From Polymyxa betae A26-41 (taxonomy: Eukaryota > Protista > Endomyxa: Phytomyxea): a DNA stretch of 64,000 nt. The position numbers were made by a program, and so were the translations under genes. This document shows, piece by piece, positions 11,215-23,460 of the stretch. The stretch lies in contig RBZT01000527.1 in NCBI GenBank assembly GCA_003693705.1, forward strand, positions 62,001 to 126,000, in the 5' to 3' direction. Position 1 is the stretch's first letter. Each line of letters begins with the position of its first letter. The notes beneath the pieces were generated by a model. The model saw only the letters and a program-made list of their open reading frames with translations, was not told the DNA's origin and did no database searches.

Positions 11215-14200
11215 ATGGTGAGTTAGGGACACGAATGCATTTTGGAATTAAAGCCAATCCCCAGTTTCTTTGTTTTGGCTCGTTTTATAGATGTCATCAG
11301 TCGATGCACAAACCGGATATGCAGCAATAGCGGAATTCAGGAAAACTTTGAAGAAACCACACCATGCGTCAATAAAATTGAAGAAACCAGTCAACTCAAA
11401 ATCTAAATCCAATTCCCATCATCTACTGGTTGATCCAGCAAAATACGGAAAATACGTAAACTCGATTCTCAACTTTGTGAAAGTTTTACCAATTCAAAAT
11501 GATCAGTTATCGGACGTGCTGTCCAACTCAAGTTGCAATAATGATTTCAAAAAAGCTAACTTATCTGGAAAATTCATAGCAAAGGTATCGTTGTAACCCG
11601 ACTTTTACTCTGGAAATCCTCATGCATCACCAGATCGACGCAGTTGAAGCCAGGTTTCGGAATCTGGAATCAATTTTGCTCGGCAATAATGACCTGAAAT
11701 GCCTTAATGGAATTGAACAATTCCCCTGTCTAAGGTCTTTATCTCTCGTTAACAATCTGGTACTGCAATGACAGAAAGTGGCTCAATTCTAAACGATTAT
11801 CTTGCTGTGGACAGATTGAGGATTTTGGGCACATTCAAGCATTGCAAAAACTACCTCACTTAGAAGTACTGCATGTAGAAGGATGCCCATTAACCAGAAG
11901 GCCTAATTATGTCGCCTATCTGGTCTCGACTATTCCGACTTTGAGAAAGCTCGATTCGATTGTAGGTTATATAGCACAACCATTACCGAAGCGCGTTTGA
12001 TTCAGCAATCGTTCTCAGATCATTTCTAGACAAGATCGAGATATTGCTCAAACATCTACTGTGAAGCAAAAGTCGATGGTTGGCATTATGATTGCTAATG
12101 AAACAACAATCCGTATTGTTCAATCGGTATGACAATTGGTTGGGAATATTTGCCTCAATAACCTGTTTGATAGCTGCAATGCAAAATCCGCTTGCATATG
12201 GATCTGATCCAGACTGCGTTCGGACGGAATCGTATCTTTAATCGAACTGACTTCAAGCCAAGTCATCTGCATCAATTGAACTTAAACGAAGCTGTCAAAA
12301 TTCTGGGCTTTACCCAGGACCCAAATCGTAGCTCTTGATTCTTGCACACTGTAGTATCATTAATGTTTTGATAGGGGAAGAGATCAGAGCCGAAATGATC
12401 AGACGGGTTGAGATGGTTTGGCGTTCAACCTATGAAGCACCTGGAGAGGTCACATCGCTTGGGTAACTTTGAAGTGACTAATCAAGTTGATTGAGCAAAT
12501 AATTGACATTATCAGATTGATTACACAATCTTGGGATTATGCGTTGTCTGAAGCTATGGCGATCCAACAAGAGCGGCTGGCATCTGCGATTTCTTCTGCG
12601 GAAATTGCCAGATGCCAAGCGCAGAGCTATATTAAAGTGCTGATAAAAAAGAGGCGTTATCCGGCTGGCGATTTCCTCAGACCAACTTTACAATCTGAGC
12701 TCAAGAACAAACACCCAAGATCGTTTTCTCTGAGTCCCAAAAGAAAAACTGTTAAATTCTTGCAGGATCAGCTCAAGAAATCAAGGAAGACTCAACAAAA
12801 CGACCTTGATAGTGTCCGTCGTATTTCTGGTGTCCCATGTCGTTTTGTCTGAACATTGCCGCTTATTTAGGCGGCCCCTGTGCCATTCCAGACGATTCCG
12901 ATTTCAGAACCACCTCCTGCCGGTTATCAGACACAGGCAAACCAGGCTCCAGCTCGAAACGGGTAAAAGTCGCTTAACAAACAGTTTCTTGCTCTGATTT
13001 GCTCTAGGCAGCAGCGTATCATCGAGCTAGAGTCCCTTAATCTAAAACTGATCCGAAAGCTGCAGCAGTTTCAGCAGCAGAATCACGAGAATGTGCTGCA
13101 GGCCGAAGCTGACGCGCAAAAATGGTCAAGTCATGTTGAGAAGCTGTCAATGTCCCTGAAGGATCTGCAGCAGCAAATTCAATTTTACAGATGTGACCGC
13201 GACCGATATCAAGCCATTGTTAGCGTTGGCATCAGCCCAGACTCAGCCAGAACAACATTTGTGAACAAAATTACTGAACTAGAGCAGCTTCTTGAAAATA
13301 ACCAAAAGGAATTAACAGAATGTAAATGCGAGCTTGAGAATGAAAGAAAAAAGCTTCAAGAAAAGGATGAGCAGATACAACGCTGCTCATTAATCCATCA
13401 ATTTCGAGGGCCCAAAACTACGCGAGAGCGAAATGTGGAAGGATTAACTGAGGTTTGGCAATCTGTTTGTTTCCAGGTCCATCTAATATCACTTAGGATG
13501 AAACGGGCGAGGCCAACGATAGTCATCTTATCGGTGTATATCTTTCAGTAGAATCGCTTTGCGTTAACAATCGACTAAGAACGACATTCAAGACCTGGAA
13601 GTCTAGAATCGGACGTAAACATGCTCTTTTGGGACTAAAGAATATTGCCGGTCAAAACATTAAAGCGCAGATTTGGTTAAGGTAACAAAATCGATAACTG
13701 TTAATAATCGATAACTGAACTTCAATTTACATTTTAGATGGGTATCATCTCTGTCCTGCGTGCAGTACAGAAAGCTGTTAAAAAAACGGCGACATTTTAG
13801 ACAATGGCGTCAACTGCTTTCCAAACATTTGAAGCGCAGGCAAGAGGCTGTGGTGATGACAAATTTGCAGCAAAGGCGCAGCGTTCGCCATTCGTGGCAT
13901 CTCTGGCGTCTGTCATTTTCTCGGAACCGGCAATGTCGCATCACTCCAGATATTAAAGCTAATGAGTTCCATGCCAGCTTCATTGTAATCTTTGTATTGG
14001 GTACGATTCGATGCCAGTAAGTTTTTTGTCTCAGATTCGATCAATGTTTAATCATTGGCGTTTGCATATCATCAATATTGCTCGCCCGTGGCGCCAAAAG
14101 GTGATCTGATCGCTTGAATTTCCGATTTGCCTAACCCTGATGCTCGCAGAATCTAGCGTCGAAATACTTCCGCCTCATTAGGTGTATTTCAAAGTTTTGG

Positions 14201-15958
14201 TCGCTGTGGAAGGTACAGAGAACTTTTGCTTGTTCTGTCTTTCTTCTCAATCGCTGCACAATGTAGGAGGCGCTCATGGCCGCAAAAGTCGACCACTCTC
14301 GGTATCGGTTAGCAAATATACATTATCAATGTAAGCTGGAACGCCAAGCGATTTTGCTGATTCGACAACACGCCGTTCATTCGAATAGAAAAAAGGTCGA
14401 CATTGACACTTCGACGCTCTGACTTCATTCAGTTATTTGTTAGAACATGAACCAACTATCCTATCACTTTAGAACACATAATTTCCTAAAGCGCTGGCAT
14501 ACACTAATGAAAATCAGGTCTCACTGGGATAATGTTATCACTGAGAAAAGATCCCAGTGGAACTTTCGTCGCCTCTCGGTTCTCTTCAATTGCTGGCTGG
14601 CTCGTTGGCGTCTCTGTACCAAAGAGGTGCAAGCTTTAAATCAAACAAGGGAGCTCGATAAGTTACGCTCGATTAAATCAGCCTACTTCCGATGGCGTCA
14701 GATGCTATTGGTGTCTCGCGCCTTCCGCATCAGCAATTCCGCCAGAATTTTGAGTGCAAAGGTATCGTGATTTTTCTCAGATTGAAAAAAGGGAGCAAAA
14801 CATCTCTTACTCTGCTCACAGAATCGTAATTTCCAGGAGTGGTCCCGAATTACGTTGTATCGAGTTCAATATCGCGAAAATCAGATTGTGCTCGTTACTA
14901 GGGTGCTAGAGGCAACGAAGCGATATCAGTTGAAGAACGCTTTCCGGAGAATGATCTATTTCTGCCAGTCCGAATTGCACTATCAGTTTGTCTCGACCGT
15001 TATAGGGAAGAGAAGATCTTGGAAATTGGTTCGATGTAGTTTCCATCAATGGCTCACTTCATGGCTGCTCAAGTTGCTCACAACTCTTCGCGCATCTTTG
15101 AATGACGCCAACTCCAGGCTGAGCTTCCTTCAGATTGAGCGTGTTGGTTTCCACTCTCAATGCATCACTCAATTCTGATGTTTCTTTACAGGAGAACATA
15201 TCTAGCGATGCCGTCCGATTATCAGACACTGTAACCAGATTGCGAGACACAGTCTTGCAGCAAAGTTTGGCGATGGCCAGTAAAGATTCTGCATTCGAAA
15301 GCGTACAGATTGCACATGACAAACTTGAAGGTAGAAATTTTACTGTGCTGCTTGCATGCAAATTCGTTTTGATATCCCGGCTAGATCAAATAGAGGCAAT
15401 GACAGAAAAGGAAGATGTTCTTCTTAGAAAAATCCATATGCTGGAAGCTAAATGCCAGACTGGTTTAAACGAAAAGGTTCTGCGATAAATGTATCGTATT
15501 CTTGCCTGACGATTTTTTTTAGGAGTTACTGAGCATTCGCTATAAAGAGACTGAAGAAGACCTGATCAAAATGCAACTTGATCTGGACACAGCGGGCAAG
15601 CGCCACTCAAATGTAGTAAGGGCTATTGAGGCTGTGTTAACTGAATCAGTATGGGCATCTGGAGCATCCTACTTTCGTTCCATATTCATCTGTCTCTTAG
15701 ATGATCGTTCTTGTTTCATCGAAATTTCGTTCGGCTGAAACCCTAAAGGAATGGATTCAACAAATCATTCGGCACTTACAGCACATGCTGTACTCGGGAT
15801 GGAACGAGCCGCATTCCCAAACTGAAGGCATTGTTGATACATTGTTAATTACGTATTCTGATTTCCTAATGCTAGCTTCCAATCTAAACCAGCTCACAAG
15901 TTCACAATTTCCTTGTGAAAGCTCCCAGAAGTTTTCTGAAGACATCCAAGCTTTGTAA
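11215..15958 (+). CDS. Large multi-exon LRR + coiled-coil + Trp-repeat (Sfi1-like) protein, probably centriolar/basal-body
   Basis: LRRs (LESILLGNNDLKCLNGIEQFPCLRSLSLVNN) with cap GCPLTRRPNY...LRKLD, a long coiled coil, and repeated F/W-xx-W-R motifs (FRQWRQ, WHLWRL, FNHWRL, FNCWLA, YFRWRQ, FHQWLT). Many short introns. Confidence 0.65.
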
Positions 15959-16036
15959 AGACCCAATAGCAAAGACCATAATGGTATTAGACGGCATATG
16001 GGAAATAAACTATTTATTCAGTTGGTAACTTAAGCC

Positions 16037-16981
16037 TCACCATGGACGATCAGATCGAGGCATATAAAGGAACGTTGCTTGGCGTAGAGCGGAATCTATA
16101 ATGACATAGCATCGATTCCAAGAAGACGTCGGTGCTTCTGGAAATAACTCGGCATCCCGAATCCGGTAAATTGTACTAGTGACCCGAATGCTTTCATCGG
16201 CATCTTTGACGACGCTCATCAGGCTTTTATAAAAGGCTTTGACGACATCAGCGTACATCTGAAACTCATCCTGTGTGATTTCAAAATGTCGAAATCTGAT
16301 CGTCATCCATGATTCCAACCTCATATTGACAGAAGGGGCCACCAAGTACCATCATCTCCATGAGTTGAACGATGAACTCCCTGTGGTCCAATTCGCCATA
16401 CCCTTCGTGGTCTTCGTCAAACAAGCATCGTTTGACCTGGTTCTCGCAGATGATCCCATTATCAAGAAAAACCTCAGGGCAGATAGCAATTGTATCCTTC
16501 CCGTAAACTGCTCCAAACTTTCTAAACACGTTGAAAATATTCATGCTCACAACAGAAGCTGGCACTCGCTCAACATTTTGCACGTCTGGCTATAATTCAA
16601 CCAAATAAAATAGTAGAAGAAAACATCTTACAATAGCCATTGGGAACAAGGCCATTAAATTGCTGACGGAAAGCGCTCGAATCGAACAGGGATTGCAAGA
16701 ACGCCAGGTCACCTTTGGCATTCGACGAATACGCTTCGAATCGTTGATCATATCGAAACGCACCAAATCGGCATCTCGATACGATATCCCTTTGACCATG
16801 GAATGTCAACGAAGCCGGACATTTGTCCATGGGCTCACCATTTCTGCAGCAGTTCCAAATGCTCCGGGTTCTGCAGCAGTTTGCGCTGCCGACGATCCAG
16901 ATCGGTCGCAAGTGTCCAGGTAAATGGCGTCTTTGTCACCGCCAAAGAACGTCCTTCGTCACTGGTCTCTGCGATCAACAT
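16037..16981 (-). CDS. CFAP300: Cilia- and flagella-associated protein 300 (C11orf70), dynein arm assembly factor
   Basis: ELLQKW, EFIVQLMEMMVLGGPFCQYE|DEFQMY..K.FYK.L.SV.K, and CYVIID. Confidence 0.85.
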
Positions 16982-17123
16982 TTATCTGTATAAGCCAGTC
17001 TTTCAATGACGATGGCCAAGAACACGTATGCTTGTAACGATACACGACTGGGCGGCGTAACGTGTGCAGTGACGCATCCGGCCTCCCCGTCACAGACGTC
17101 ATTGTTGTTTCGAAGAGGCGATC

Positions 17124-17960
17124 ATGAGCCGTCTCTTATCGTGGTACGTGCAACAGCTGAAGGTACAGATTCGGGCAGGCAATGCTCATTGTTGACACTA
17201 AATCGTCTACTAGACCAGACCGATCGTGACCAAATCGGTGACGGGGGGCACCATCGCTATGACCGGAGACCAGACGCAGCAGGCTCTGGAACGCGCTCAA
17301 TCACCAAAAGAGGTGGATTTTACGAGAACGCTGCGTATGGGTAATCGGCGATAGCAGAACGATCTAGATTCTGTTCATGAGAGATTGTCAGGATTTTTCG
17401 GCTTCTGCTGCGGTCCTCTGCTTCACTGGTAGATATATGATGCGTTGCATGGCCATAACTAATGACGTTTCTAGGTGGTATGCAATTATTAACCACGAAA
17501 CTTTCACGTTTGTGGTAAGTAAAGTCAATGCTATAGGTACGGGAAGTTAGACAGAATGTTCCCATCTGGAACATCATTTGCTGCTGGACGAAAGATGATT
17601 CTTGACCAGGTAAGCAAAGCGCCCAGTACACGATGAAGTAGCTGAAATCATTTGGCAATAGGCGATTTTCGCCCCCATATCGACTTTAGGATTTTTCAGC
17701 TTCGTTGGGTTATTATCGGGTCACGATACCCGCCAGATCCGAAGAAAGATCAATGAGAAATATGTGCAGACAATGATGGTTAATTACTCGATCTGGCCCC
17801 TTGCTCTCTGCATCAATTTCGCACTCGTACCACTGCATCTTCAACCATTATTCGCCAACAGGTAACCATGCTATCATAGCTGCCATTCATATTTCTGAGC
17901 AGACTTATCAGTGTGGGCCTTGTTTATAATGTATTTTTATCTAAAACTCAACATTCTTAG
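17124..17960 (+). CDS. Mpv17/PMP22 family membrane protein, multi-exon
   Basis: MSRLLSWYVQQLK|TRPIVTKSVTGG..GD..QQ, DFTRTLRM, KMILDQ|AIFAP, NYSIWP..INFALVP. Confidence 0.9.
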
Positions 17961-18448
17961 AGATAACTTTTGACAAAAAGTAAACTTATGACAGTTTCAT
18001 CTTCGAGGAATGTTATTATCATCGTTAGAACTTCGGCTGTGAAGCCAAAATGCAGATACGGACTTACAGAACAACTCACATTTAAAAAAAAATGTGTTTT
18101 GATTGCTGTGCTATCAACTACGAGCACACACTGACAAATCTTGAATCTGAGCTCGACCGGAATGATGTTTGAAGTCAAAGTTCATCTGTGCTTTGGGACT
18201 CTACGCTGTCATTACCGTTATGTGTGGATCGCTGCAGTTTCTGCATTGTCAGAACTGCTAACTCTTCTGAATAAAATGTGAAGTCTTAGAAAATGTTTAA
18301 GACGCGTTTTCTGGGTGCTACCAGCTTGACAGAAATTGAAAGTGTAGCACGTAACATGTGACATTAAGTTGATTTGTGTCCCGTCTACGTGCCAAATGTG
18401 CTCGACCTTCACATAACTGATTCGATACCGTCCATTAGCAGTAGCTTG

Positions 18449-21400
18449 ATGTTTCGTGTTCTGCATCTAACAGCCAGATCGCATGGCTTACCAAGATGCA
18501 TGGTCTCGGGTCCGGGCTGGCGCCGGTTATCGGTGCTGTCAGCACTGGATACTTTCCCGCGACGACATATCGGCCCGTCCTCGTCCGATATAGAAACGAT
18601 GCTGGGCGAAGTTGGTGCTAGTTCACTGGATGAGTTGGTGAAGCAATGCGTTCCAAGTGGGATTATGTCAAAGAACCCTTTGAAGGTCAGCTATCAGTCT
18701 GGCTAGGTTTTGTATTCGTTTTGTTCGCATACTACTGCAATAATAGATATACTGTATATTCTTGTTGACGAGCGTTTATAAGTCGAGTTTTCTGGAACCA
18801 GATTCGTTTGATTTGGCCATCAGTATTCTGAGTTTCTGGTCTAATCCTACCATAGCTGCCTTCCTCACTTGGCGAAGCGGATGCTCTGAATGAGCTTAAG
18901 TCGATCATGAAGGAGAACCGTGTTCTTCGTTGCCATATTGGCGCTGGGTATTACGGCACCGTTACTCCCGGTGATTAACACTTCTTGTTATAAATTCATC
19001 ATCTAATTGTGATCACTAGCTGTTATACTTCGGAACGTTATCGAGAATCCAGCTTGGTATACGCCGTATACTCCTTATCAAGCCGAAATCGCCCAAGTTT
19101 GAAATCAATTTTTGCAGCTAAATGGTCACCTGCTAATTTGTATCTAGGGACGTTTAGAAATGCTTTTGAACTATCAAACAATGGTTTCTGATTTGATAGG
19201 ACTCCCAGTTTCCAATGCGAGTTTGTTGGATGAAGGCACAGCAGCTGCCGAAGCGGTTTTTGTTGCATACAATGTTTCAGGACGTTCGAAGAACAAAATT
19301 CTAGTATTGTGCTTTCCTGTGCCCTCGTCATCATCCTGAGCTGTCGCAGGTTTCCTCAAATGTTCATCCTCAAACAATCGCGGTTGTCCAGACTCGAGCT
19401 GAGCCAGTCGGATTAGAGGTAGTTGTTTCGGACCCGAACACCTGGAAGGAATTCGAAGATGTTTGCGGCGTTCTCCTTCAATACCCTGATACAAATGGTA
19501 ATCATACAAAAAAAGAAAACTGTTTTCGTTTAATTTCTGGCAAGTTTAGAGTCTGTTAGTTTGTTCCGGAAAGTCGGTCTCTTGTTAAAATGTAGCCGCA
19601 GGAATCGCAACCGATTTTTCGGATCTCTCCCGTAAAGTGCACGAGGCAAATGGTCTCGTCCTTGTTGCAACCGATCTGTTATCATTAACCGTTCTGAAAC
19701 CTCCTGGTGAATTGGGTGCTGATATTGCTGTCGGTAGCTCACAACGGTATAAAGCTATTCTGAATGTTCTTTGTTTGCTGAAGAATTTGACACAGATTCG
19801 GTGTGCCGCTGGGGTATGGAGGGCCGCATGCTGCGTTCTTTGCCTGCAAAGACGAACTTAAACGGCGAGCTCCTGGTTAGTAATCCTGTTTCTTGCAATG
19901 GGTTTCTCTGTCTTTCTAACCGTACTTCTCTCGGTTTGCTTCTGATTCTTCATTGCCTATTTTCAACACAATTCGTTCCTTCTGGCTTTCTCAGTAAAAC
20001 CTCGTCTAGGTCGAATAATTGGCATTTCACGTGATTCCAACGGAAATCGAGCTCTTCGAATGGCGCTACAAACCCGGGAACAACATATTCGGCGAGATAA
20101 AGCCACCAGCAATATTTGCACCGCTCAGGTAATTGCGAACTGTCTGAACAGAATGCAAATCTCAGGAAAAACTTAGGCTCTGCTTGCTAATACGGCTGCA
20201 GCCTATGCGATCTACCATGGCCCAGAAGGTCTCACATCAATCGGCAAGCGAGTTATGCAAGCGACTCAGATTCTGCGAGCTGGTCTGGTTCGTATGGGTG
20301 TTGAATGCCTGGGCACTGATAGAAACACCTTCGATACGATATCTTTCAAGGTTCAATTCTCAAATTTCACCTTTACTGCGAAACGTTTAGAAATGTGAAA
20401 TCAGGGGAAGGCACAGGCGCTATCTCAAGCTGGAGTTCGTCATGGATTCAATCTGAGAGTCATCTCTGATAACCAAGTTTCCGTGTCTCTTGATGAAACT
20501 GTGAAGCTGTTGCACATTGAGCAGATATGGAAAGCGGTTTCTGAGGTTTGGAGCTTCATATTAAATGCCATTTACTTAGTTGTTCACCGTCGACCGTGCT
20601 TAGGCGCTCAAGCTGAAGATGGAGTTCTCCCTGGATGAAATCGTAACGAAGTTCTCCAGCACAGATCCCACATCACTTTTATCATCTAGGGTAGGGTTGA
20701 GCTGCTTGCAAGTCATTCCCTCTTAAGCTTCTTAGCTGACTCGTAAAAGCGAATTCCTGACTCATCCGGTCTTTAACAGTCATCATAGCGAGACCAAAAT
20801 GCTGCGTTATCTGCACTATTTGCAAAACAAAGTTGATGGTTTTCTGAGATCAACCCTTTTTTTCTAACTGCAAGCAGGATCTTTCGTTAGCATCGGCCAT
20901 GATTCCTTTGGGTTCTTGCACTATGAAGTTGAATGCCACCAGCGAAATGATCCCAATCACGTGGCCCGAAGTAAACAATCTTCACCCGTTCGTCCCTAGT
21001 CAACAAGCAAAGGTAAATCACTGTTGACTTCAGCTGTGGTGTTAATTTCAAATCCAAAGGGCTATAAAACGATGCTGTCTACACTCCAAGATTATCTCAG
21101 CGAGATTACTGGATTCTCCGCTGTCAGCTTGCAGCCAAACTCTGGAGCTCAAGGAGAATACGCAGGGCTACTTTGTATTCGGGCCTATTTGAAATCAAGG
21201 GGCGAAGGTATCGTCGTTACTTGGAATCTCGTATTGGAATCTTAAAAAAATTGTTCAGGGCAAAGAAACATCTGTCTCATTCCTACATCGGCTCACGGCA
21301 CGAATCCGGCGTCTGCTGTGTTAGCCGGGCTCAAAGTTGTTGTCGTAAAATGCGATGAAAAAGGAAATATCAGTGAGTCTGATGGGTATGGCTGTCTGTG

Positions 21401-22722
21401 AATTCACTCATGTTATGAAATAGATTTGGATGATCTCAAGGCCAAGGTCAAAGAGCATAGCTCGAAATTGGCATGTATTATGGCGACGTATCCATCTACC
21501 CATGGTGTCTTTGAAGACACGATTAAAGAAGTGTGCGAAATCGTCCACCAAAATGGCGGGCAAGGTATGAAATTAACTGGCTTCCTTAAACCTAAACAAT
21601 TGATCGTATTTTCTAGTGTATATGGTATGGTAATATATTTTGGTAGATGCCAAGAGTCTTTATGTACGATCTTAGGATGGTGCGAACATGAATGCTCAAG
21701 TTGGCCTCACTAAACCTGGTGAAATCGGCGCTGACGTTTGTCACCTCAATCTTCATAAGACGTTCTGTGTAAGAATTTGTAATGGTGTTCTACATATTTC
21801 TGAAAACGATTGTAACAGATCCCGCATGGCGGTGGTGGGCCTGGCATGGGACCTATTGCAGTGGCGTCTCATTTAGCCCCCTTCTTACCCAGTCATCCTA
21901 TGCTTGAGAAGCCCAAAGATTCCAAAGCAATTCTGCCAGTTTCTGCAGCACCATATGCAAGCGCGAGTATCCTGCCAATCTCATGGATGTCGGTTTTAAC
22001 CAAATTGAATAGCGATAGAAAATTCATTTGTGTTCAGGTACATCCGAATGATGGGGCCACAAGGGCTCAAGCAAGCGACTCAAATAGCGATTCTGAATGC
22101 AAATTATATGGTTGCAAGATTGTCTAAGAAATACGACATCTTATATACAGGTTGTGATTGTCGCAAGTTCGTTTGGTTTTAGTGTGAAAGACCTGCTTAG
22201 GAGGAGACCATGACCGGGTTGCACACGAATTCATTATCGATCTGAATCCATTCAAGAAGTTCGGTATTACAGAAGAAGATGTGGCAAAAAGACTAATGGA
22301 CTATTCATTTCATGGCCCGACGATGTAAACCAGTCTGTGAGATATGTGCTCAGACAGCGATATTAACACGCATGTACAGGAGCTGGCCTGTAGTTGGAAC
22401 TCTTATGGTGGAGCCGACTGAAAGTGAACCCAAAATCGAACTGGATCGATTTTGTGACGCCATGCTCTCCATCCGGGAGGAAATTGAAGAAGTGGTTTCA
22501 GGCAAAATCGCTGCTGAAGACAGCGTATTGAGGGGTGCACCGCATACAATGGAGATGGTTACGACCGATAGCTGGAACAAGAAATATCCTCGAGAAAAAG
22601 CAGCTTTCCCAGTTCCCGCTCTGCGTAGGAACAAGTTCTGGCCAACGGTCGGCCGTATTGATAATGTTTTTGGAGACCGAAATGTTATATGTCAATGTCC
22701 ACCCCCTGAGGACTTCCAATAA
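18449..22722 (+). CDS. GLDC: Glycine dehydrogenase (glycine cleavage P protein), mitochondrial, ~21 introns
   Basis: [58 protein letters not shown]-lysine motif HLNLHKTFC|[26 protein letters not shown]. Confidence 0.98.
21617..21624 (+). other. 8-nt micro-exon of GLDC (tgtatatg)
   Basis: Flanked by AG and GT. Required to restore the conserved GGQVYMDGANMNA. Confidence 0.85.
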
Positions 22723-22800
22723 ATTTCCCGAATGCATTGCTTATGATCGGCGATGCTTTGTTTGCAGGAGAATATATTATTGGTAGTATTGAATTGAACT

Positions 22801-23062
22801 CTACTTGCTTGCCTTCTGTCGTCGCAATTCTTCAATGGCTTCTGGCGTGAGAATAGTCGTCTCTATCAGCTTCCTATCAATGGCCTCCGGATAATGAACG
22901 TAGTTCTTGCCGAACCATCCAGCACTCCCAGGATGAGTGAACACCCAGACACAAAACACCTGACGAATAGATCAACAGGCAAGTCGCCAAACCTATCGTT
23001 CGGCTTACAGGGACACTCAGGTAGACACCGAGCTTGAAAGCTTCTAATCCCATACCACCCAT
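22801..23062 (-). CDS. PET100-like cytochrome c oxidase assembly factor, 2 exons
   Basis: Spliced MGGMGLEAFKLGVYLSVP|VFCVWVFTHP... matches the Pet100 N-terminal LE.FK...Y...P pattern. Confidence 0.65.
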
Positions 23063-23460
23063 AGCGATGTAATTCAAAAAATGTCAACTATCCGTAATTC
23101 AAATCATCCGGTTTTCCGCGTTTAAAACCGTTTGAGTGGAACCGGAGGCAGCGCCTTTAAACTCTATAGGCGAACTTGTCATTAGCAGAACATTGCATTC
23201 CAATGTCTATATTCCTGGACTTAGCACATTCGTTGAATCAGAACAACAAAAGGATGGAGACGTTTATGAAGTTAAAGATGAATGCAGCAAGAACATGACT
23301 AAAAACCTCTGTTACAATTTTAAATCCAGCATGTGTTCCACTATTGCCATTCTGCAATTTGTTGTTGCTCAAATTGAGCCCAGCCGTAAATAGCAGCGAA
23401 GATGCTCGACTAATGACGTTGAGGTTCCCCTCGCAGTTTACTGCACCATTGTCCATATTG

